DNA of 64,000 bases from an uncultured Kiritimatiellota bacterium (GTDB lineage: Bacteria > Verrucomicrobiota > Kiritimatiellia > RFP12 > UBA1067), in NCBI GenBank assembly GCA_934667425.1, contig CAKULV010000002.1, positions 6,278 through 70,277 of the forward strand, written 5' to 3'. A model generated the notes under the pieces. That model saw only the letters and a list, made by a program, of their open reading frames with translations. It did no database searches and was not told the origin of the DNA. Of this stretch, positions 27,539 through 35,832 are shown one piece after another. Each line of letters starts with the position of its first letter. Positions within the stretch are counted from its first letter, which is position 1. A program made the position numbers and the translations under genes.

Positions 27539-28365
27539 AGGTATCCCTTCGCAAAGTCGTTTAGCCGCACGTTCCTGAAGCGCCTGTTGGCCTTGTCCGC
27601 AAGTGCGGCGTCCTTGCGGTCCAGCTCCTTCTGCTCTTCATATGTGTTTGGGACGGAAGGGGGCGGCTGGCCTATCCGCGACATCATGATTTCGGAGGCC
27701 TCCTCCCGTGTGAAATTGTCGAGGAAGTTGATGGATGCCGCGAGCTTGAGCGGCGAAATGATGTCCACAAGCTCCAGGTTGGACAGTAGGCGGCAACTCC
27801 TCAGGACCGCAAGCGACCGTTCAATCGCATCCTCGAACACGCGGGGAAACTCTTCGACAAGCCTGATCCGGGCATTGGACTCCTGCTTCACGATATCGGA
27901 GAAGATCTGCCTGATCCTTGCCGCAAGCTCAAGCTCCTCCAGGCCGAGGGCCTGGGCGTTTACAATGCGGAATATGTGCGCCACATCCTTGAGGCCGTCG
28001 CCATCGCAGCCGTATGCGTTCATTCGCATCCCGTTGAGCGCATTGAGCGCCATCGGAAGATCCCCGATCAGGTGCAGTCCCTCAAGGTGGAACATCGCTG
28101 ATATCTCCAGGCCAGTCCCGCACATGTAGGGGGATGCCGTGACATAGCCGAATCGCGGATTCCATGCGAATGGATGCTCGTCCGCAGCCTTGGACTCTTC
28201 ACGCAGAAGTTTTGCCACGGTCTGGCGTATGCGCATCGGCGACGATATTTCCGCCTTGAAGCAGATTGCGTTCTCATGCGTGAACGGCAGATCCGTGCGC
28301 TGCCTGTACAGTCGCACCATGCCATCGGAGAATATGTCTGAACCGCCTATCTCAATGTCTGTCAT
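27535..28365 (-). CDS. McsB-like protein (ATP:guanido phosphotransferase fold), short and apparently degenerate
   Basis: GYVTASPYMCGTGLEISAMFHLEGL aligns with the McsB stretch GYLTSCPTNVGTGLRASVM.HLPAL. The protein is only 276 aa, and the NEEDH-type motif is not recognisable. Confidence 0.65.
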   Translation of the reverse strand: MTDIEIGGSDIFSDGMVRLYRQRTDLPFTHENAICFKAEISSPMRIRQTVAKLLREESKAADEHPFAWNPRFGYVTASPYMCGTGLEISAMFHLEGLHLIGDLPMALNALNGMRMNAYGCDGDGLKDVAHIFRIVNAQALGLEELELAARIRQIFSDIVKQESNARIRLVEEFPRVFEDAIERSLAVLRSCRLLSNLELVDIISPLKLAASINFLDNFTREEASEIMMSRIGQPPPSVPNTYEEQKELDRKDAALADKANRRFRNVRLNDFAKGYL

Positions 28366-28928
28366 TCTTCGTCGCCGTTTCCATTTTCTGCGGGGCCATT
28401 GCCGGATAGTTCGTCGAGCTGCTTCCTGATGCGGGCTGCCTTGCGGTAGTCCTGGCGTGACACCGCATCCCTAAGCTCCTTTTCGAGGAAGGCTATGGAT
28501 GGCTTGCCGTCACCGCTCTTTTCCGGCATCCTGCCCTTGTGCGTTGGGCCGTATGAGGCGGAGAGGAACTCCTCCTTCAGTTCGTTGCCGAACATTGTCC
28601 AGCAATCCGGGCATCCCACGGACTTCGTCTCCTTTATCTTCTCCCACGTAGATCCGCATACGCGACACTTGCGCGCCTTGCCCATCTTGCCGTCCGCAAC
28701 GCCCTCTATGAGCCCCACTGCGGCATCGAGGAAGTTCTTCACGAATGCCGGCGGCTCGCTGCCGTCCGCCGTGATTATGGTCGGCTTGACGTTACCGGAC
28801 CGCGCCTTCTGGCTCTTGTCGCCATCAAGGCATTGCTTGCACACGTACAGTTCCTCGTCTTCTCCATCTGGGCCCTTGCGGTGCAACACGCCGGCCGCCT
28901 CATTCTTGTGGCACAGTTCACACAGCAT
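28362..28928 (-). CDS. mcsA: McsA-like zinc-finger / UVR domain protein
   Basis: Internal ATG at 28928 (MLCELCHKNEA...). It has CxxC pairs (CELC, CKQC, CRVC, CPDC) and a C-terminal UVR motif (QDYRKAARIRKQLDEL). Confidence 0.7.
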   Translation of the reverse strand: MLCELCHKNEAAGVLHRKGPDGEDEELYVCKQCLDGDKSQKARSGNVKPTIITADGSEPPAFVKNFLDAAVGLIEGVADGKMGKARKCRVCGSTWEKIKETKSVGCPDCWTMFGNELKEEFLSASYGPTHKGRMPEKSGDGKPSIAFLEKELRDAVSRQDYRKAARIRKQLDELSGNGPAENGNGDEE

Positions 28929-28932
28929 GTCT

Positions 28933-29859
28933 TCAGTCCACGTAAAGGGGTGGGATCGCGATGCCGGACGACTTGAGGTCGCCGGAGCGCACCGGCTTGG
29001 ACTGCTTCTCCGCGCCGTTCGGCTTGTCTGCTCCGGCCTTGGACGGCGGCTTCCTGCCCAACCCCTTGTCTGCCGAGGCATTTCCGGATTCCGCAGGCTT
29101 GTCTTCGCCAGACCGCATTGCCGGCTTGGCGGATTCTGCGCCGGACGCATTCGGCGTCGTCGCCTTGTACAGGATCGTTATCCCCCAGGAGAGCAGTGCC
29201 ACCACAATCGCCGCCAAGGCCACGACGGTGGCGATCCTGCCAGTGTTTGGCGGGAGTTTCTTTACGTTGGCGAAAACGCCGGACGACACGTTGCTCATTG
29301 TGCTGCGGAACTTGTCCGCGGCGGATGGCCTCTCCGGTTCCTTGTCCGCTGCGTACGACTGGCTGAAGAGGTCTCCGTATGAGCGGCGTGGCGATGGCTG
29401 CCTGACGGCCTCGGCCTCAAGCCGCAGCTCCATTGGCGCGTCAGTACGTGGCGGTTCGTCCCGTGGATCCTCTGGATGTTGCGGCTCGTCAATGCCTGCG
29501 AGAGCGGGCGAGGCCTCTTCATGGGCAACGGGGGATGTCTTCTCTTCCGTAGGCGTTGCTGCGGGCTCACTGGCGGCAGGCTTCTGCTGTGGCATTGCGG
29601 GCGGCGCCTTCGCCGCAGCGCTCTTCCCATTCGCGTACAGAGCGGTGAATTCGTCCTGAAGAGGCTTGGGGTCTATGCCTACGGCTTCGCAGTACATCTT
29701 CACGAATCCGCGCCCGTATATGGCCGCCGGAATGCGCTTGAAGTTCTCTTTCTCCAATCCTTCGATGACCTGGACAAGGATGTGGGTCGCGGCGGCCAGC
29801 TGGGATGTCGTCAGGCCCTTTGCCTCGCGCGCTGTGCGCAGTGTCTCTCCAAATGACAT
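28933..29859 (-). CDS. RodZ-like HTH membrane protein
   Basis: An XRE-type HTH (FGETLRTAREAKGLTTSQLAAATHI), then FKRIPAAIYGRGFVKMY, a Pro/Ala-rich linker and one TM helix. Confidence 0.55.
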   Translation of the reverse strand: MSFGETLRTAREAKGLTTSQLAAATHILVQVIEGLEKENFKRIPAAIYGRGFVKMYCEAVGIDPKPLQDEFTALYANGKSAAAKAPPAMPQQKPAASEPAATPTEEKTSPVAHEEASPALAGIDEPQHPEDPRDEPPRTDAPMELRLEAEAVRQPSPRRSYGDLFSQSYAADKEPERPSAADKFRSTMSNVSSGVFANVKKLPPNTGRIATVVALAAIVVALLSWGITILYKATTPNASGAESAKPAMRSGEDKPAESGNASADKGLGRKPPSKAGADKPNGAEKQSKPVRSGDLKSSGIAIPPLYVD

Positions 29860-29874
29860 TGTATTTCCTCCTGG

Positions 29875-32517
29875 TTAATTGCTTGCGCCGGTATCTGGCT
29901 GTTCATCAAGGTTTGCTTCTGGAGGCTGCATGGCATCCATCCCGCCCTCTGGGCGGATTCCAGCCCCGTCCCCGTCCGCAGACGGCCCTTCGGGTGTGGA
30001 TGGTGCCTGCTCCGCCGGCATCGGCGCATCGAAATCTATGAGGATTTCCCTCGGTCCGGCGCCCTTGGCCGGGCCAATGACGCCGCGCTCCTCAAGGGCG
30101 TCGATGAGGCGGGCCGCATGGTTGTAGCCAATGCCCATCTTGCGCTGAAGGTGTGACGTGGAGGCCCTGTTCGTGAGCCGCACCACTTCGAGGGCGCGGT
30201 TGTACAGTTCATCGTCCTTCGATCCGGCGTTTGCCGCAGAAACACCGCCTGGAGCGCCAGACCTCTCGTCCGCCGGCGGCGCATTGTCCGGATCGTCCTC
30301 GTTGTCGGCGAATGGATCGGTGATCGCCGCCTCCTTCACCTTCGCGAGCTTTGAGGCGAAAGTCTTGTCGAACTGGACGTTTGCGTGTTCAGCGATGAAG
30401 GCGGTTATTCGGTTTATCTCGTCGTCCGACACCCATGCGCCCTGCGCACGGATGAGGATTCCCTCCTTCGTCTTGTACAGCATGTCGCCGCGTCCGATCA
30501 GCGATTCGGCCCCGGTCGCGTCAAGGATCGTGCGCGAGTCGATCGCCGATGCCGTCTTGAACGCGATGCGCCCTGGGATGTTGGACTTGATGGTACCCGT
30601 GATCACCTTGGTGTCAGGCCGCTGCGTGGCGAGTATCACGTGGATTCCCGTGGCGCGTGCCTTTGCGGTGAGGCGGGCGATCTCGGGTTCGACCTCCTTG
30701 CCGGCGGAGGCCATGAGATCGGCAACCTCGTCGATGATTATCACGATGTACGGCACGGTGCGCGGCATGTCGTCGCCTCCCGCCTCATCGCCGCCGAACA
30801 TGTCCGGCTGGGTCATGATCTCGCGGGTGTTGAAGTCCACGATGTTCCGCTTCCCGGCCTTCGCGAACATCTTCAGCCGCTTTTCCATCTCGGCGACGGC
30901 CCAGCGCAGTGAGTACACAACCTTCTTCGTGTCCGTGACGACCGGCACAAGGAGGTGCGGAAGCATCCTGTACGCGGAGAACTCCACGCACTTCGGGTCG
31001 ACCATTATGAACTTGAGCTGTTCCGGCGTGCGGCACATGAGAAGCCCGTTTATTATCGAGTTGAGGCACACCGACTTGCCTTGTCCAGTGGCGCCTGCCA
31101 CAAGCATGTGAGGCATGGTGGCAAGGTCGGACACGAGGTCGTGGCCGGCGGCATCCTTGCCGAGGAGGAGGGGCAGGTTGTACTTGGCCTGTCCTTTCCT
31201 GTCGATGGACACGTTTCGCCTCCACGTGTCGGACTCTATCAGCTCCCGGAACGATACGCCCGCCGCGACCTTGTTCGGCATTTCGATGCCCACTGCGTCC
31301 TCTCCCGGTATCGGGGCCTGGATGCGCAGGGATTTCGCCTTCATGGCCATCATCAGCGTGTTCTGGAGCGACTCCACCTTCTCCGGCCTCGTGCCCGGCG
31401 CGAGCGAAAGCTTGTACTGGGTGACTACCGGGCCCTGAACCTTGTCGACGAGCGTCGCATCGACGTCAAAAAGCTTCAGCGTCTCGATGAGCTTCAGCCC
31501 TATCGCGGCGACGTCCCCATGGTCTGCCGTGGATTTAGAAAGCGGATTGAGGAGGTTGACCCCGGGCAGCACGTATGGTCCCTTGTCTTCCTCCGGCTCA
31601 TCTGCGGCGGCGTCTGCGCTCGGCTGCCCGATGCTCCCGGCCGGTTGCGCCCGCCTGCCCGGATCCGCAAGTTGCGGCTGAGGCGCCGCGGCGGGTTCGT
31701 CAGGCGGGCGCCGCTGCTCGGCGGCCTGCCTGACGGCGGCTTCCCGCGCCATCTGCCTTTCGGCGCCCTTGGCGGCCTTTGCCGCTGCGCGTTCCTCCGC
31801 AATGCGGCGCTTCTCCTCTTCCTTCGCGGCCCTTGCGGCCTCCTTCGCGGCCCTTGCGGCCTCGAGCCGATCCTTCTCATCCTGCCTTTCGCGTTCACGT
31901 TCGGCAAGCTCCTCGGGCGAAAGCGGCCTTCCGCCCACGAAATTCCCGATGGCTGCGAGTATGGTTCGGATCCCTACGAGCGAAAGCATGGCGAATGTCA
32001 TGAGCGTAGCCATGAGGACGGAGGCCCCGAACGGCGACACGAGGCGCGACAGTCCGCAGTCCATGACGAGATATCCCAACGCTCCGCCTGCGTTCCGTCC
32101 GAGGTTCAGCCGCTCCAGCAGCGGCGCGATCGAAGGCGAGTCCCCGAGCAACTGGAGAAGGCAGGTCGTGGCGAACAGGAACACCGCCAGGGCGAGGAAC
32201 CTGAAGCCCGGGCGGAACGACCGGCCAAGCACGAGAAGCAGCCCGAGCAGGATCGTAAGCGGCGGCACAGCCCAGATCGCAAGGCCGATGAGCAGGTATC
32301 CGTAGTACGCGAACGTATCGCCGACGACGCCTATCAGGTTCGTGGATGTCTCGGGCGGTATGTTGAGCGTGGGTATCGCCTGCCAGCGGTACGACATGAG
32401 CGACAGAAGGGGGAACAGGGCTATCGGGAACAGGAAGAATCCCAAGAGCCAGCGGCGCGTGCGCGCCTCGTTGCCGGTAGGTTGTTCCCTGACCTTGCTA
32501 TTTCCCGCTTCCACCAT
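29875..32517 (-). CDS. ftsK: DNA translocase FtsK/SpoIIIE
   Basis: N-terminal TM helices, a charged coiled linker, a motor domain with AGATGQGKS Walker A, and a gamma winged-helix (STSHLQRKMGIGYNHAARLIDALEE). Confidence 0.9.
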   Translation of the reverse strand: MVEAGNSKVREQPTGNEARTRRWLLGFFLFPIALFPLLSLMSYRWQAIPTLNIPPETSTNLIGVVGDTFAYYGYLLIGLAIWAVPPLTILLGLLLVLGRSFRPGFRFLALAVFLFATTCLLQLLGDSPSIAPLLERLNLGRNAGGALGYLVMDCGLSRLVSPFGASVLMATLMTFAMLSLVGIRTILAAIGNFVGGRPLSPEELAERERERQDEKDRLEAARAAKEAARAAKEEEKRRIAEERAAAKAAKGAERQMAREAAVRQAAEQRRPPDEPAAAPQPQLADPGRRAQPAGSIGQPSADAAADEPEEDKGPYVLPGVNLLNPLSKSTADHGDVAAIGLKLIETLKLFDVDATLVDKVQGPVVTQYKLSLAPGTRPEKVESLQNTLMMAMKAKSLRIQAPIPGEDAVGIEMPNKVAAGVSFRELIESDTWRRNVSIDRKGQAKYNLPLLLGKDAAGHDLVSDLATMPHMLVAGATGQGKSVCLNSIINGLLMCRTPEQLKFIMVDPKCVEFSAYRMLPHLLVPVVTDTKKVVYSLRWAVAEMEKRLKMFAKAGKRNIVDFNTREIMTQPDMFGGDEAGGDDMPRTVPYIVIIIDEVADLMASAGKEVEPEIARLTAKARATGIHVILATQRPDTKVITGTIKSNIPGRIAFKTASAIDSRTILDATGAESLIGRGDMLYKTKEGILIRAQGAWVSDDEINRITAFIAEHANVQFDKTFASKLAKVKEAAITDPFADNEDDPDNAPPADERSGAPGGVSAANAGSKDDELYNRALEVVRLTNRASTSHLQRKMGIGYNHAARLIDALEERGVIGPAKGAGPREILIDFDAPMPAEQAPSTPEGPSADGDGAGIRPEGGMDAMQPPEANLDEQPDTGASN
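31821..31862 (-). repeat. perfect 21-bp tandem duplication inside the ftsK linker (encodes EAARAAK x2)
   Basis: CCTTCGCGGCCCTTGCGGCCT occurs at 31821-31841 and again at 31842-31862. Confidence 0.85.
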
Positions 32518-32665
32518 TGGCGGAGCCTTTCATTATGAAGATGTGCTGGGGATCGCGGGCCTCGCCGGACGAATCCCTCATTGAGTAGTAGATCACGAGC
32601 GCAAGGATCAGGGATATCACCTTGAGTCCCCAGTTGCGCCTGAAGATGTCCAAAAACGCCGTCAC
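32498..32665 (-). CDS. possible 55-aa single-TM remnant resembling the N-terminus of YbbR/CdaR
   Basis: The GTG overlaps the cdaA stop (GTGA). VTAFLDIFRRNWGLKVISLILALVIYYS resembles a YbbR N-terminal anchor, but no YbbR repeats follow. This is a very weak call. Confidence 0.25.
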   Translation of the reverse strand: MTAFLDIFRRNWGLKVISLILALVIYYSMRDSSGEARDPQHIFIMKGSANGGSGK

Positions 32666-33510
32666 TTCTCGCAGCTCCTTCCGAACTTCGCAAGCCTTTC
32701 CCTGAACCATTCCGCCGCCTTCTCGCCGACGGCCTTCTTCATCGGCATGGCCTTTCTCACCCAGCGCAGCACGGAGGCCTTGGATACCTCGCTGTCGCCG
32801 TTGTAGCGGATTAGCCTGCCGTTGTGTGCGACCGATATGCGCCCGCTCTCCTCGGACACGACCAGGACCAGCGCATCCGTCTCCTCCGATATCCCCACTG
32901 CGGCCCTGTGGCGCATGCCGGATTCGTAGAGGTCGTGGTTCACGGACACGGGGAACAGGCAATGGGCGGCGGCGAGCCGGCCATTCCTTATCGTAACCCC
33001 GCCATCGTGGAGCGGCAGTGGCGGCGTGAATACCGACACCAGCAGTTCCCTCGACGGGATGGCGTCGATGGCGACGCCGCTTTCCTCGTAGCCTCGAAGC
33101 GATATGCCGCGTTCGAACGCGATCAGGGCGCCGATCTTCCTGCGGGCGAGGTCGAAGATGGCCTCGGTCATCCTTTCCGGCGTTACGTGCTTGCCGTCAA
33201 ACTGGCGCGAGCCTTCCGAGAAGAGCAGCGACCCCAGGGCGGCGAGCGTGCGCCTTATCTCCGGCTGGAACAGCACCACCGTGGAGAGCGCGAGGTAGAG
33301 CAGCATCATCTGGAGAATCCGCGCCAGCACGTCGAAATGGAACAGGAAAGAGAACGCTATTGACGCGCCGAACAGGATGCCAACGCCGGTAAGCACCTGC
33401 CCGAAGCGTGTGCCGCGAGCGGCCTTGAGTACCGAGTAGATCGCGAAGTACAGGATCGCGATCTGCACGATGTCGCGCGCGAGGTTCCAGTTCAGCCATT
33501 CCCATGTCAT
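32662..33510 (-). CDS. cdaA: diadenylate cyclase CdaA (DisA_N domain, three N-terminal TM helices)
   Basis: Internal ATG at 33510 gives an ATGA overlap with the ftsH stop. GALIAFERG, LHDGGVTI and GMRHRAAVGISEETDALVLVVSEESG are present. Confidence 0.85.
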   Translation of the reverse strand: MTWEWLNWNLARDIVQIAILYFAIYSVLKAARGTRFGQVLTGVGILFGASIAFSFLFHFDVLARILQMMLLYLALSTVVLFQPEIRRTLAALGSLLFSEGSRQFDGKHVTPERMTEAIFDLARRKIGALIAFERGISLRGYEESGVAIDAIPSRELLVSVFTPPLPLHDGGVTIRNGRLAAAHCLFPVSVNHDLYESGMRHRAAVGISEETDALVLVVSEESGRISVAHNGRLIRYNGDSEVSKASVLRWVRKAMPMKKAVGEKAAEWFRERLAKFGRSCEK

Positions 33511-35399
33511 TCCGTCTTCTCCAATCCGAGCAGGGTCTCTATGTCGCGCCCGTCCATCGACTCCTTCTCGAGAAGGGCGGTGGCGAGGATCTCGAGCTTG
33601 TCGCGGTTCTTCTTCAGAAGCTTCTCGGCCCTTGCGAACGCATCGTCGACAAGCCTCTTCACCTCTGAGTCGATGCCTTCCGCCGTCTTCTGCGAGAAGG
33701 GGGGCGGCATCGGGTCGGGCGAGAACTGGCTCGGCTCCACGAACGACTGGAACCCGTAGGTGTCGCTCATGCCGTATTTGCAGATCATGTCGCGGGCTAT
33801 CATCGTGGCCTGTTGTATGTCCTGCGCGGCGCCGGTGGAGACGTCGCCTGTCTTGATTGACTCCGCTATGCGCCCTCCGCAGCAGATGCACATCTCGTCC
33901 AGGAAGTAGCTCCTTGTGCGGTTCAGGACATCCTTCTCTGGAAGGGCCATGGTTGCGCCGAGTGCGCGCCCGCGGGGGATTATGGTCACCTTGTGGAGCG
34001 GATCGGCGTTCGGCAGGAGCAGCTGGAGGAGCGCGTGCCCCGCCTCGTGCCACGCCGTGGTCTCCCGATCCTTGTCCGTAAGGTTGGCCGACTTGCGCTC
34101 GCGCCCCCACAGCACCTTGTCGCGGGCCTCCTCCAGCGTCTCCTGCGACACGCCGGAAAGTCCCTTGCGGACGGCAAGAAGCGCCGCTTCGTTCAGCAGG
34201 TTCGCGAGGTCCGCGCCGGAGAACCCCGGCGTGCCGCGCGCGATTCGCGCAAGATCCGCGTCCGGCGCGAACTTTATCTTTGCGCCGTGCAGCTTCAGTA
34301 TGTCCTCGCGCCCCTTGAGCGACGGAAGGTCCACGTATATCTGGCGGTCGAAGCGGCCCGGACGCAGAAGCGCCGGATCAAGGACGTCAGGGCGGTTCGT
34401 GGCCGCGATTATGATCACGCCCTCGTTTGCGTCGAACCCGTCCATCTCCACGAGCATCGCGTTGAGGGTCTGGTCGTTGGAGTGCCCGCCGAGTGCGTTC
34501 GCACCCGTGCGCTTTGCGCCTACGGCGTCAATCTCGTCGATGAATATCAGGCACGGCGCGGAGCGCTTTCCCTGCTCGAACATGTCGCGCACTCGGCTTG
34601 CGCCCACGCCTACGAACATCTCCTCGAAGTCGGATCCCGAGATCGAGAAGAACGGAACCTTGGCCTCGCCCGCGATCGCCTTGGCGAGGAGGGTCTTCCC
34701 CGTGCCGGGGGGGCCTACGAGCAGTACTCCCTTGGGGATCTTGCCGCCGAGCTTCGAGAACTTGGCGGGCGACTTGAGGAATTCCACGATCTCCTGCACC
34801 TCCTCCTTGGCCTCGTCCACGCCGGCCACGTCGTCGAACGTGACCTTCTTCTTGGACTTGTCCTCGTTGAGCAGACGCGCCTTTGACTTGCCGAACCCGA
34901 ACGGGCCTCCGCCTCCGCCCATCTTCCTGTAGAAGATGAACCAGAAGAAGCCCAGCAGAAGCAGGAAGAACAGCAGCTGCTGGAAAAGCGGGCCTATCAG
35001 CGGCGAACGCTCCGTGACGGGGCAATCTATCCCCTTCTCGACGAGCCAGGACATCAGCTTCTCGTTCTCGCCCGGCACGAGGCGAACCCTGAATGCGGAG
35101 TTGGTGCCCGAATGCGGCAGATATTCGCCGCGCAGGTACGTGCTGCCCGAATCGAGGTCGCGTACGCGCTCCACCTTGGCGACGCGGTGCTCCTCCACCG
35201 CGCGCCTGAAGCCGGTGACGGAGATGTCTTCGGTCCTCTCACCGCCCGACTGGCCCAGAAAACGCATCGCCACGAATGTGCCCGCCACAATCAGAAGCGC
35301 GAGCCAGCCGCTTCTGGACGGGTTTATGTCGGCGCTTTTCGGCACGTTTCTGCCCGTACGCGCATGCGTACGTTCCTCTTTTTTCTTCTCTTGAGACAT
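33507..35399 (-). CDS. ftsH: ATP-dependent zinc metalloprotease FtsH
   Basis: [18 protein letters not shown], the SRH motif, and HEAGHAL zinc site. Start placed at the ATG at 35399 (MSQEKKKE). Confidence 0.92.
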   Translation of the reverse strand: MSQEKKKEERTHARTGRNVPKSADINPSRSGWLALLIVAGTFVAMRFLGQSGGERTEDISVTGFRRAVEEHRVAKVERVRDLDSGSTYLRGEYLPHSGTNSAFRVRLVPGENEKLMSWLVEKGIDCPVTERSPLIGPLFQQLLFFLLLLGFFWFIFYRKMGGGGGPFGFGKSKARLLNEDKSKKKVTFDDVAGVDEAKEEVQEIVEFLKSPAKFSKLGGKIPKGVLLVGPPGTGKTLLAKAIAGEAKVPFFSISGSDFEEMFVGVGASRVRDMFEQGKRSAPCLIFIDEIDAVGAKRTGANALGGHSNDQTLNAMLVEMDGFDANEGVIIIAATNRPDVLDPALLRPGRFDRQIYVDLPSLKGREDILKLHGAKIKFAPDADLARIARGTPGFSGADLANLLNEAALLAVRKGLSGVSQETLEEARDKVLWGRERKSANLTDKDRETTAWHEAGHALLQLLLPNADPLHKVTIIPRGRALGATMALPEKDVLNRTRSYFLDEMCICCGGRIAESIKTGDVSTGAAQDIQQATMIARDMICKYGMSDTYGFQSFVEPSQFSPDPMPPPFSQKTAEGIDSEVKRLVDDAFARAEKLLKKNRDKLEILATALLEKESMDGRDIETLLGLEKTE

Positions 35400-35409
35400 A
35401 TAGCGGTAG

Positions 35410-35418
35410 AGTATATCA
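35410..35418 (-). promoter_or_regulatory. extended -10 TGaTATACT, 10 nt upstream of the ftsH ATG (leaderless candidate)
   Basis: The minus strand reads TTTGATATACTCTACCGCTATATG. Confidence 0.35.
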
Positions 35419-35617
35419 AAAAAAGCGGTTTTGTGGGGTCTGCAATGCACGGGAAGTTGAGGGGGCTGATATAATCCTTCCGCTTGGCATGGCAAAGAAA
35501 CTGCTACAGGACACGAGGCGGCGAAGCGGGGCAACGAGACATGTCTCTTCAACGGCGCGAGGGACGGGCGGTGCTTCGCGGCGGCGTTCGCCGGACTGTT
35601 CTCGCGCGACGGGCTTG

Positions 35618-35746
35618 TGCGACGACGAGGGCGTCGTCGCTACGAAATTCAACAAATGACCAAATGCAATCGTAAATCTCTACCCACTACCAACTACCCT
35701 CTACCATCTGCCTGTCGTAAATCGAAAAATCGTAAATTCGTAAATC
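35618..35746. repeat. modular intergenic repeat, copy A (GC hairpin + conserved box + CTACC heptad array + GTAAATC-type heptads)
   Basis: GCGACGACGAGGGCGTCGTCGC (35618-35639), ACCAAATGCAATCGTAAATC (35658-35677), the CTACC array (35678-35708), and CGTAAATCGAAAAATCGTAAATTCGTAAATCCC (35714-35746). Confidence 0.85.
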
Positions 35747-35763
35747 CCAATACTTCGTTTTGC

Positions 35764-35792
35764 GTTGATTCGGACGGTGGTTTGTGCTATTC
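35764..35792 (+). promoter_or_regulatory. promoter TTGATT-17-TATTCT (TGc extension) for the GH95-like gene
   Basis: -35 at 35764-35769 and -10 at 35787-35792. A GGAGA RBS precedes the ATG at 35833. Confidence 0.45.
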
Positions 35793-35832
35793 TTCGGCGC
35801 GTTTCACTCATATGCATATGGAGACCTGATTC

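Noticed and set aside
33511-34110. Upstream extension of the cdaA ORF (32662..34110)
   Set aside because: The extension lies inside ftsH in a different frame and is Arg/Pro-rich. The CdaA TM region starts at the ATG at 33510, which forms an ATGA overlap with the ftsH stop.
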